Origin: Paecilomyces variotii
Lineage: Eukaryota
Reading direction: 5' to 3' (one strand)
Length of the DNA: 64,000 nucleotides
Assembly: GCA_004022145.1 (NCBI GenBank)
Contig: RCNU01000008.1
Part shown: positions 14,516 to 25,878 of the stretch, one piece after another
Numbering within the stretch: position 1 is the stretch's first letter
Layout of the letters: each line of letters begins with the position of its first letter
Notes under the pieces: model-generated
Told to the model about the DNA's origin: nothing
The model's input: the letters and a program-made list of their open reading frames with translations, nothing else
The model's database searches: none
Made by a program: the position numbers and the translations under genes

Positions 14516-17067
14516 ATGAAGCCTGCCGCTGATAAGCATTTTCGTTGCACTATCTGCCAGCGCGGATTTACGCGCATCGATCATTTGAAGAGACATCACT
14601 TGCGGCGTACGTATTACTTCTGATCGTGTCTCCGCCAGCATTCCTCGTCGCGGGTGGCAGACAGTAGAGAGCCGCGGTGGCGGTGTGACTGACTTGACGG
14701 GTATCAACATCAGACTCCGGGCTCAAGCCATACTCGTGCGTTTTCTGTGACGAGTCTTTTGCGCGATGGTCAGTTGAAATTCTATCAATGTTACTCAGCT
14801 GCATGCAGCAACCCTGGTTCTGACGTCGGAAACAGTGACAATCTACGAGACCATTATCCCGACTGTGCCCAACGGGGATCTCGACCCATCCCAGAGACTG
14901 GCCAGAGGGGGAGACGACGCCATGCATGCGAGTCAGTAAGTCCAAGCGCCTTCTTCTTCTTTCTGTTTTTTTCAATGGCGAGACATGGTCGCTGATGGGA
15001 TATAGTGTACTTCGATGAAACTCCGCTGCGACGGAGAGAGTCCGTGCGGTTCATGCATCAAGAGGAAGCTCAAATGCAACAACCAGAGAAAGAAGCCATC
15101 AAAGGAAACCATGACTGAGAAAGGTAGAGTCCTCTGTTGAACCAGTTCTAGCTAGTACTAATAGTTCATCCATTCTAGGACCGTCGCTGGCAAAGCGCGA
15201 AGAGTATGACCAATCTTCGGATCGGGGCTCAATCAAATTCCTCTTGAATGGCGGTACAGACAGTTTCACGGAGAAGTTTCTACTCCCGCCATGCAGTGAA
15301 CGCACCAGAGGACTCGTCTATCACACCAAGAAAGAATGGGAGGAGAGTCCAAGTCCAACTGTGTCATATGGCTATGACGGGGTCCGGACAGACTATGCGC
15401 CTGCTTTCATCGACGCGGACCCTGGAGACCTTGGATTCTTCCATGACACGTTCATCAACTTTTTCAATGGCCCTTTTGGTGAGACGCAGAAATCACTATA
15501 CGATCCCCTTACGGGAGGGTTGGCCTACCGCCCTATTGTCCCTCCGGGACAAGACCCCAACCTGACGCTGCCTGGAGAGACTATCTATGAACCAGAGGCC
15601 CCATTTGCGACTGCCTTGATCCAGTCGATCTTGACCAAAGTATGGACCGTAAGCCTCGACACAAAGGCGCAGGAGGAAATCTCAACAAATCTGCATTTTC
15701 TCCTCACGCCGGGCCGAATCCGAAAGTTTATACAGCTCTACTTTAAACACTGGCATCCTCACTGCCCAGTCATCCACCCACCGTCATTCGATCCAGATCA
15801 TGTGCCTACGTCACTATTGGCATCCGTTGTCTTCATGGGAGCCATGTACTCGACCGACGAGAGGGAGTCGTACGCTGCCAAGCGTGTGCTTGACTTCGCG
15901 GAGCTATTCGTCTTTTCGACGGAAGCCTTTGCATGCGAAAACGAGATTGCCCGTGTTTTTACTGGGACAGTCAACCCGGACCTCGAGAGAGGCGACTGGC
16001 TGCATTTCCAACACTTCCAAGCAGGGTATTTGATGGTAGTCATCCAATACTGGGCTGGTAGTCGGATATCGCGAAACAGGGCAATGGAGAATCGGTTTGG
16101 TGAGATCATTAAGGTATTTCAGCTGTCACCTCAACCGAAACGTAAACTGACTGTCGAAGGTGGCACGCAAGCTGGGCCTTCTCAAATGTCGTCATCTTCC
16201 AGAGGACCGGATTCACGAATATCTCTGGATTCAGAAGGAATCGCGGATACGGTAAGTGCACCGATCGGTTGCCCCCCTGACCGTGATCACTGACGCTTGC
16301 AGAACAATCAACGTCGTGTCTCTCCTGGACTGTGCCTTTTCTTTCTACCAAAATTATCCGTGTCGCCTAACACACAACGAGATGGAGTGTGACCTCCCTT
16401 GCGAGGAGTCGGTCTTCTGCTCCCAACATCCATTCGCAGAACCAAACTTTCGTTTCACCCGAAATGTCACAATCCGCGAGGCTTTCCAGCAGCTCTTTTC
16501 TGAAGAGTCGTCCAACAGTAAATCGGTCCTTGGCCGGTCTCAATCTGTCTCGTCAGCATTCACGCAGACATCCATGCAGAACTTGGAAGGCCTGCAACTC
16601 ACGGTTCTGGATATGTTTATTCTTATACACTGTATGTTGATCACTCTTGTGAACAGTCTCACGTGCTGTTGCTGATTCGAATAGTACTATACGCTTTCAT
16701 AAACTCCCACATGACCCTGCTCGATCCGTTTATTCGGATGCGAAGGGCGGCGGCATCCAAGGCAGAAACACCGTCTCTCACAGACTCTTCCAGCAGCCCC
16801 AGCCACCAGATCTCCATGCCCGACGACTCCATCTTGGGAGCAATCCGGACCGCGCTGGCGCGGTGGCGTTCTGTCTGGCTGACACTGAACAGCAAGGTAC
16901 CCAGTCATGAGTGGGCCGCCATGGGCTTCTACAAGAATGGGTACAATTTCTGGCTCGTGGCACAGCTATTGATCACCAAGAAGGACAGCCTGGATGTTAC
17001 CATGCGTATGGAAGTCAAGTGCGAAGATAAGCTGGACAAGTTGAAGGTATTACTGCAGGACGATTAA
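14516..17067 (+). CDS. Hybrid transcription factor: two N-terminal C2H2-type zinc fingers + Zn(II)2Cys6 cluster + fungal-specific TF domain
   Basis: Spliced N-terminus: MKPAADKHFRCTICQRGFTRIDHLKRHHLRH-SGLKPYSCVFCDESFARCDNLRDHYPDC...RHACESCTSMKLRCDGESPCGSCIKRKLKC. Downstream 'LYFKHWHPHCPVIHPPSF' and 'LDCAFSFYQNYPCRL' match Fungal_trans-type domains. Confidence 0.88.
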
Positions 17068-17459
17068 TTAACGAAGGAGCGAGTTATATTTGGACTATCA
17101 TATTCTAGGGGCGCTGTTATGTGCAATATTCATGGATAAGCACAGGCATGGAGTGTTCAAGAAATGTGTATTTGGTATATTATCTGGCCATCATGACTTA
17201 TTTTTGCACAGAGGACAACATTCCGTGCTGTCATGTTTTGGGAATGGGTTTACGAAACTGCTTGAACGTAGCTTGCAGCTGCATATAACGAGGCGTTAAT
17301 GAATTGAGGCACTAGATAACTGGTTATGCGTGAAATGGAAATATAATCCTTTACTCATGGCTATACATTGAACGCAGTTAGGTCCCACACCCCCCATGTT
17401 ACCTACCTCAGCACATCCCAGGATACGGGCTATCATTCCTAACCACCTCAAGAATATAA

Positions 17460-18477
17460 TCATGCATATCCCAACGACCAAAACGTCTCAATATTCCTCT
17501 CCGTATCCTCATCCACATACGGCGGAGGCTCCGCGAACGAGACAACCTTACCATGCAACTCGGCCACTTTCCCCGTCAGTGTCGGATCAGCCAAGAACTG
17601 CGCCACTGCATTCGTAGCGGTCTCCATCGGCGTCAGGACCATATGCTTAAACAAGTCCTGACTCGGCGCGATATTCGTCTGGATAACCGCCGGGGCCAGG
17701 GCGTTGATTTGGATCTGTTCCCTTTCCAATGGGCGGGCGAGAGCTCTCACGAGTCCGATGACTCCGCTCTTAGTAGCGGCATAGATGGGCGCGATGGGGA
17801 ATGGGTATATGCCTGCGTTGGACGCGGTGCAGATAATACTGCCTTTACTTGCTGTATTGTCGATTGCGACGTTTTTGGAGATGTAGTGGATTGCGAGTTT
17901 CGTAGCTGGGTATCAAAGTCAGCTTTACCATCAATCACCACACACTCAAACCCAAATCAACAAAGAAAGATGAAAGTACTGACAATAAATCACCCCAACC
18001 AAATTGACATTCAGCGTGCCCAAATCCGGCTTCATCGGCTTCTCCTCCCTCTGGGCCCTATCCGTCTCAATCAACTTGCCCTCTTTCGAGATCCCCGCAT
18101 TCGCAAAAACAATATCAATCCGTCCTTGATCCGCATATACTTTCTCAAACGCATCAGCCTGGCTCTCCCACGACGAGACGTCACATTGGACGAAACTCAT
18201 GCTGGCGCCAGAAGGGAATTCGGTTCGGAGCGCAGAAAGTGTCTCGGAGCCTGTGGAGACGTTGACGTCGAAGATGGAGATGTGGGTGTTTGGGTCTGCG
18301 GCAAAGTGTCGGGTTATACCGAGGCCGATTCCTGATGCACCTCCTGGAGGGATATTGTTAGATTCTGGGCTGGAGTGTTGGGGGTTTTATGTAGTTCAGA
18401 ATAGAGGGAGGGCGTAGGTAGGTGATGAGGAAAAACAAACCCGTGATGATGATGCTTTTCTTTGCGGTTGAGCCCAT
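17460..18477 (-). CDS. Short-chain dehydrogenase/reductase (15-hydroxyprostaglandin-DH-like)
   Basis: MGSTAKKSIIITG|GASGIG (TGxxxGxG across intron), RIDIVFANAGI, catalytic PIYAATK (YxxxK), QINALAP. Confidence 0.88.
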
Positions 18478-18899
18478 GGTTAATGTGTGTCTGTATACGG
18501 TCCAGAAGTACGATTGCTATGTTTTTTTCAGCGGTTGAATGCTATGTTATATGCTGGGAAAGGATGAATGAATCCAAAGAAAATAACTATGCAGGAGGTA
18601 CTAGTTATCTTATCACAACTGAAACGAAGTGTTGAAAACAACTGCTCTCTCTTCCGAGGCTCGGAGCGTTCCATGCATAATTTACTTACTACCAGTACCA
18701 GTACTGATACTAATACTAATACTTAGAGCATGGTACACGTTCGCGGAACCCCACCACAGAGCTCTGAGTTAGTTATTGGTATAGAAAACAAAAATACCGA
18801 GACAGACATCCCCATGACCCCTCTTCCTCTGCGGGAGTTTCTCCACACAATTGCGGGGATGGGGGGAATCTCCGGCAACTAACGGTTGGATGGGATAGA

Positions 18900-18915
18900 G
18901 GGGTTATTCCGGAGT
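18900..18915 (+). promoter_or_regulatory. Candidate regulator-binding site GGGGTTATTCCGGAGT upstream of the SDR
   Basis: Near-identical to 9649-9664. A second GGGG-N5-CCG lies at 18863-18874. Confidence 0.45.
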
Positions 18916-19562
18916 GTAGTTAGGGTGTTATGTATTAGCTTCGTGTATTGTTTTGCTATGTTGGGTTAGATGCATGCCATGTCTCGGACTTCAATAAGGT
19001 GTAGAGATTAGGACGACAAGTGCTTGATTTCATACCTGAGGTATCGATGCAAAAATGAGAGGAGGATAGGAACACGTTCTTTCGAAGAGGTCTGGAACAA
19101 CAGACGCAGACAAAGAGCTTACGGGGACAAAAAGAACCCCTCGGATGGTAGCACAAGGGCATAACTAGTCATGTAGTTATAGGTTGAATCGCTGACAAAG
19201 AAGATGACATCAATGAATAGATCGATGCTTATGGGTACTAGTTAGATGTCAGGTTACTCGAGGCTTTCTAGATGCGTAAAAGAACAACTTCAGTCAGGGT
19301 AACCTGAAACATAGCCTCAAGCTAACTATACCGAGTCTCTAGAAAGAATCTACGATCTCTAGGTTCATCCGAAAATGTAGCTCAACAGTGCCACCGTAAT
19401 TTTTATTTGAATTTCTGGTCCAACAATAAAGAATGTTCGATACTGCGAGCACCATCGACTGGACTTCAAAGAAGGTGCTGACATGCATTGGCCCCCGCCC
19501 TTCCCTTCTTTTTATTTCATGCCGATATGACAGATACAGGATCCTCGATGTTATGTCCAAAA

Positions 19563-19933
19563 TCATGGACAGGCGATAATAATAGTTGACGGGGGGTTAC
19601 AGTTCCCACTTGTGTTCGTGGCGTAGCAGGAATCTAAATATTAAAACCCATCGTTAGAGATCCGGTAGATATCCAAATGAAGTGTGACGGGAATATTGCT
19701 GGGCTTTGAAAAGTAGATCTAAATGGAATCGAAAACGTACTATCTCCCGCGCAGAAACAGTGAGCGGGGGTATTGTGGACTTGGGAATGTCTGAAATTTA
19801 TGTCAGTACGAGGATTCCTTTGGGATCATTGGGTGAAGGACTAATCGTACTGGATGTAGCAAGGCGGGGCCTGCGCCATGCCCAAGGTGGCGACTGCTAA
19901 AGCGGTAGCGATGATGGTGGAAATGAAGTGCAT
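19563..19933 (-). CDS. Small secreted cysteine-rich peptide (67 aa, 6 Cys), unknown family
   Basis: Exons 19933-19851, 19790-19741, 19633-19563. Both introns begin GTACG and have CTGAC/CTAAC branch points and AG ends, and phases join cleanly. Product: MHFISTIIATALAVATLGMAQAPPCYIQHSQVHNTPAHCFCAGDNSCYATNTSGNCNPPSTIIIACP. Confidence 0.8.
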
Positions 19934-22192
19934 TTTGCTTTGTCTCGTAGTTGTGAGTAGATGGTAGAAGAGCGAAATAGATATATTCGAGTCTTGGAAA
20001 ACGAAGATATTTAGTAGGCGAGGGAGAGAGGAGTAACGAGATGGATAACAGCATCTTATACCCAATTTTCTTCTGTTTCTCAAAGAGCGTAGCTTTCATG
20101 ATTATTTTTTTCGAGTACTTTTTTTTTTGGATCTATCATCAAGCATTGTTGTACATGGATGCAATTTGTTACCACCATGCTTCACAGGTCAAATAATATA
20201 CTTGGGCAGCATGGAAGTATGGTACTTTATGCATATATTGGGGAATCGGAAGTATGTCGACAGAGATTACGCTCCTGGTATTGGCTTTTTCCAGTAATCA
20301 AGTTTGTTGGCGCTGGGCCCTACATCTGGGTCGTACACCATAACAAAGAGAAGGGCCGTACATGTCATACTCCATAAGTATTTTCTCCTTTTATTTTGAT
20401 TCAATTTCTCTCAATTTGTTAATTGAAACAAAACTAGCAAGACTGTGCAGCATGAATGGAATAATAAAGGTGTCTATTTCTTATCTGCTGTCCATCTTCC
20501 ACCTTGTCGCCAAGACAGATAGCGCCACGGTGCTTATGGCTTTACGTTTTTTGGATACTCCATGATAGGGAGGTACACTCGAACACAGTATATGCTTTGC
20601 AGATAATTACAGTGGGAATGGAGCGAAAATGCGGACAAATATACTAGTTAGCACTCATAGAATCCGTTATAACAGAAACCTCGAGATGTCTACTGTTGTC
20701 GACCTCATCCCGTCTGAATATCTAGCTTATATTCTATCTATCGCACTGAATCTAGTCACGACAGGTTGTTATTTGTGAACAAGAAAGAGAGAGCAATGAT
20801 GGTCCACATGAGTCTCGTTTCTCCACATAGCCAGAATCTGGTACGTTCTCGACCCCTTTGCGCCTTTGACTCGTGCTACGCGGCCATACATGAGAAACAA
20901 GAGCTATACACCTACTCAAGAAAGGTCAGCTGATACCTCCGAACTATAAGGAGGTTATGTGGCTTTCTTGATGAACTCTATAGATACGAGCCGCTGTACC
21001 GGGTCGGACAATTCCCCAAGGACACATCTCGCCACATCGGACGACCCAAGACCAACTAATGGCTCCAATGACCAGGAGATAGGATCTGGAATCAGAAGCT
21101 ACATCTTGACTCAAATGCCAATGATACCCGACTCGCAGAATTAGCAGCTTACCTAGAGGAGGGCTTCTACGGCATTGACCCGTATGAGATATTCCTAAAC
21201 AGGCAGGAGTTAGGATACTGTGAAACCGAACATCGATCGAAGTTACTTGTGAGGTATGAACGGGTCCAAGGTCACAACGAATCTCTACTCCCAGGAGTAA
21301 AGAGGTACTTCGCTTTCCCCTACTCTCCTTGAGGTCGCCTCAAAGCTCCAACACCAGGGACATCCTTTCCGTTTCTTTGCCCCAAAGCAAAAAATTAAGA
21401 GATATCTGCAGAGTTTATCTTACCCTTGAGCCACTGCATACTCCAGCAACCTTCACAACGGAAATGCTGACGAGGCCTACGGACATACCCCGTTTCCGGC
21501 CCAAGGGGAAACCCCCGCAATATTCCCGGCTTTGCGCATTACGAGTAGCTCAATTAAGTTGGTCTATCGCGGCGAAAAGTGCGGAGAAGTCGTTAGTTCT
21601 TCCCCGGATTGAGTATCATCTGCGACTCATTCGCTTAGCCCAATAGCAAGGATCTCAACGTGACCGGTCCCCTATGCCGCCACGAGGCTTGAATACGGGG
21701 TAGACCCGCCCAGGGTCAATAACGTGGGGAGATTTTACAACAGGATGGGGCTCAGATGGGGCCTCAGTCTGGGGAGGAACAACTGTTCTACGCGTGACAG
21801 ATACTCAGAGTATGCAGTAGCGAGGAGCTAAGAAACGGTAGGTCCTGTTGGAGTCGGATTAGCATTTAGGATGATAGTATATACTATAGAGTCAGAATTA
21901 TGGATTTAGCTTTGTCACTAAGCCCTGACGTCTGGTTTTTTCGACGATCTGATACTTATAAAGTCGCATATCGCTCTCCACTTCCCATACTGTGGTGTGT
22001 AGCTGCAGGTCGTTCAGGGTTATAGTGCAGGGACTCTGTCGATATCATTACCATCTCAGAACAGCGAGGTGACAGTGATCTCCCCAGAAACCATCTATCC
22101 GTGCTCCTTTTTTGCGAGTTCTATCCTACCTTTCGTTTGGTGAGACCCGCGCTTTTCGAATCGTTTTCGAGTACTTCAATATCTGCTCTACC

Positions 22193-24170
22193 ATGCCCCT
22201 TGGTATTCTTGAGGATGCTAAGCTGGAGCATGTCCCCGGCACTGCCCCGTTGAACGAGGTTGGCCGTGAAGACCTCAATCTATCCGGCGTCGATGCTGGT
22301 CTCTTGAAACATGATCCTACAGGGGAAATTGTGCTCGTCCCTCAACCGTCTGACTCTCCTAATGACCCCTATAACTGGCCGCGGCGGAAGAAAGAACTAT
22401 TTACAGTCGCATTTGCCTGGTCGTGTGGTTGCGTAGGAGGTACGTACACCGTGGGAACTCTCATTCTATGCTGAGGGCCATCTGAAGCTCACAAATACGA
22501 AAGCTGTCGGACCGCTTCTGGGAGCAGCCTTTGTTCCACTGGCAGCAGATTTCGGTATTCCACTTACAGATTTCGTTTCCGGGGTTCAGGGCGGCGTGAT
22601 TGCCGCAATTGCAGTTGGAAGTTTGATATTCAACAGTCTGGCAGTAAAATATGGCAAGAGGCCTATATACTTAGCTACAACCGTCGGCCTGATGGTGTCA
22701 TGCTTCTGGGCTGCAGAAGCGCGCAGCTTCAGATCACTGGTGGCTGCTCGAGTTCTCACGGGCCTATGTATGGCGCCTCTGGAAGCTCTTGTTCCCGCTT
22801 CCATTGCGGATATCTGGTAAGAATGCCTTCTTTCAAGCCGAGCCTTCTGAGGATCTGAAAATGCTTTAGGTTCGTTCATGAGCGTGGCTTTCGCACAGCG
22901 ATATTCAACCTGGGAGTCCTAGGCGGTATCAACCTGGCCACACCTATCGGTAAGCTCTCCATCACGAGTAGGATATAAACTGTCCATTTCTGTTAACATG
23001 TTATCTCTTCAGCCGGTGCAATTATTGAATATGGATCGTACCGAATAACTCTCCATTCTATGGGAGGCGCGTTTGCGATAGCGCTGATCATGGTCTTCTT
23101 CTGGATGCCCGAGTCAGCCTTCGTCAGGCACGACGTCCTGAATATTGATACAGGGAACAAAGTAGTGAGTACTGCACGGACGTACACAGATTAGCTTTTA
23201 CTAACCAATAGTAGGTCGTCGCAGAAGAAATCAAAAGCAAAGTCGAATTAATAGAACGATCAGAAAGCAAGACAAGCTCGCCCACAACTACGCGTTCGGG
23301 AGAGAAACCTATTTCTTGGGCGAAAGAGTTGCTCCCATACAACGGCTATGTCAACCATGTATCATTTTGGAATACGCTGGTCCGCCCTTTCTACCTTCTT
23401 GCTTCTCCTGCTGTTGTGTGGGCCACTCTTCTCTTCACCACGTGTATCTCGTGGCTGGTGGGCATCTCGATCACACTGTCTCAAATCTTCTCCGCTCCAC
23501 CATACAACTTTTCGGTTGGTGCTGTGGGCGCTACAAACATGGCTTCTTTCGTGGCATCGCTCATTGGTACGATTATTGCCGGACCCCTGATTGACGGCGT
23601 CGTTAAAAGAATGTCGAAATGGAACAACGGCATATTTGGTAAGCCGAATCACCATGTCTGTACGAGGGACTGAACAACTAATATCGTGGCTAGAACCAGA
23701 ATTCCGTCTTCCTATCATGATCACCTATCTTGTCTTTACAGCCACTGGCTTTTTCGCATGGGGCCAGTCTGCCCATGCGCAAGATCCATGGCCTATCCCC
23801 GTCATTGTCTGCTTAGGACTCATCAACTTGGGCGTCCAACTAGGTACCACCGGCGTCGTAGCCTACGTAGTTGACTGTCACCGTGAGAAAGCCGGCGAGG
23901 CATTTGCCACTATGAACTGCATCAAGAATTTCTTCGCTTTCGGTATGACGTTCTACATGAACGGATGGATCGCAAGTCAAGGAGTGAGGAATACGTTCTT
24001 TGTGATCGGTGGTATTACTGCAGCAGTGAGTCTGCTCACTATTCCGATGTAAGTTTCCAGAGCCTCTTGTTTCTTCTTGTTCTATGGCTGATATTCTCTC
24101 TTATAGGTATATTTGGGGCAAGCGAGCGAGGAGCTGGGTCTATCGCCATGAGATTGCGAGCAGAATTTAG
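22193..24170 (+). CDS. Major facilitator superfamily transporter (HOL1/DHA1-like)
   Basis: Multi-exon. 'IVLVPQPSDSPNDPYNW', 'LAVKYGKRPIYL', 'SIADIWFVHERG', 'EPEFRLP', C-terminal 'MYIWGKRARSW'. Confidence 0.9.
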
Positions 24171-25418
24171 TTGATTGGAGGAATGTGAAATAATTATGAC
24201 TATTTTTGAAAAGTGAATATTCTATTCTCGAGTACGACAACAAAATCTTGGAAAATCAATATTGTTACATATCATTGTTATCGGCTTCGGTCTTTTCCGA
24301 TTGTTAGTTACACTACTCTACTGACGTGGTCTAGCGTCTTTGGACAGGTTAACTACACGACAGAACTGTCCTACCATGAAGGGGTAACAGACACTTTCAT
24401 AGCGATCCTATCAAGTTTCATACTCTAAATAACTATACAATGCAATGTGGATATCTGTACATGGTTAATGAATGTCTATCACGTGCACCTGCCATAATGA
24501 ACAGCGACCGCTATTATTACTGTCATATCAAGTTCACTTGAGGAATATAGTTATTTATGAATAGCTGTCATATTTTCATCTCATGAGGCTGAAGAAGCTA
24601 GAGTGTGGCCCTAGTCCGTAAGCACTTAAATCAATCGTCGTTGCATGACAAAATCTAGCTTAGCTGCAATGCATAAATAGCAGGAGCTTCCATAGTAATG
24701 CAGGTTATCTCAACAGATAAACCGGCGGACAACCCTAATAATATGGCAATATGGTACTTTACTTTAGGCCAGGTCCGGCCTGTCGAAGAATGATATTGTA
24801 ATCGATCAACCCCCTGGACTTTCGGGCCTGGGCTGTGGATTCGGCCCGGCATACGACAGGTACGATACACGAATGGGCCTATGAGAATGGTTACCTATCC
24901 GACCGAAAAGAGCTAGTTATATCTCACAACCTAAATGTGCAGAGTGAATCATTTGATGCGGTTCGCGTCAATCTGGTCCCTTACGAGGCGAGCAGACTTG
25001 TTAAATAATTTGAGACCAGCACGTCAATAACGTCAATAGATACTCTCTACCGATTCGAATTATTAGCTGCTATAGCAGCAGACCTAGCTACGGAAAAGCT
25101 TGTTGCGTTGATTCAAGAGACTGTCGGCGCCACCATTATTTGCTAGGTTCAGCAGTACATAAATGACATTAAACTGTGATGGTTGGTGGAGAGAAATCCG
25201 GACCCGGTCGAGATTCACCGAACTGGCCGACATCGACTGATTCTAGACGGCCGAGAAGAGCCTGCGCGCAGCAGGTCTGAACTAAGTCGAATAACGGCCT
25301 CGTGGTGGATACGAAGACGCGACTAAATAGTAAAGCGGGCTTGGTATTATTAAGGTTGGCCTCCGTGTGGTCAGAATGTCGGCGCCATAATGGATATCCG
25401 AACGGGCTGGGGATAATA

Positions 25419-25568
25419 CCGAGGTTTGTGTGCGTGCTAGCTGTGCGATCTGCATAGTCTGTACCAGGTTCCAGTTGTGAATAATGATTCCCACCGATCT
25501 CATGCGTCTTTCTGGGTTCTAGCAAGGGAAGGGGACAACGCCTGCTGCAACCTCGATCGGGACCTCGG
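25419..25568. promoter_or_regulatory. Two CCTCGG (FarA/FarB-type) motifs upstream of the P450
   Basis: CCGAGG at 25419-25424 and CCTCGG at 25563-25568. CCTCGG is the established Aspergillus FarA/FarB site in fatty-acid utilisation genes. Confidence 0.4.
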
Positions 25569-25878
25569 CCGTGGCACAGACCAGACAGGCCTGTGATGCT
25601 CGATGAAGATGCTCCATGATGAAAATGATCCGTGGAATCCCCACACATGCCCGCGGAGCGTCCGTTGATGGAGCTTGGGATCATGCCAGAAGTTGTCCAG
25701 CGTTTCAAACTTATAGACAAGAAAAACCATAAATGTCATCTCCTTTCCCTTCAGTCCCCACTTCACGCGAACCATGGTCTTTGGCATAGGAGATAGGAAT
25801 TACTATATCTGCTGAAGTAGGACAGGCCCAGATCTTCTATTTTTCTGCAGACACCAGCGATTGACAACTCCCGGCGCA

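Noticed and set aside
17553-18335. 260-aa plus-strand ORF
   Set aside because: Antisense shadow of the SDR gene. It reads through that gene's intron and has no domain features.
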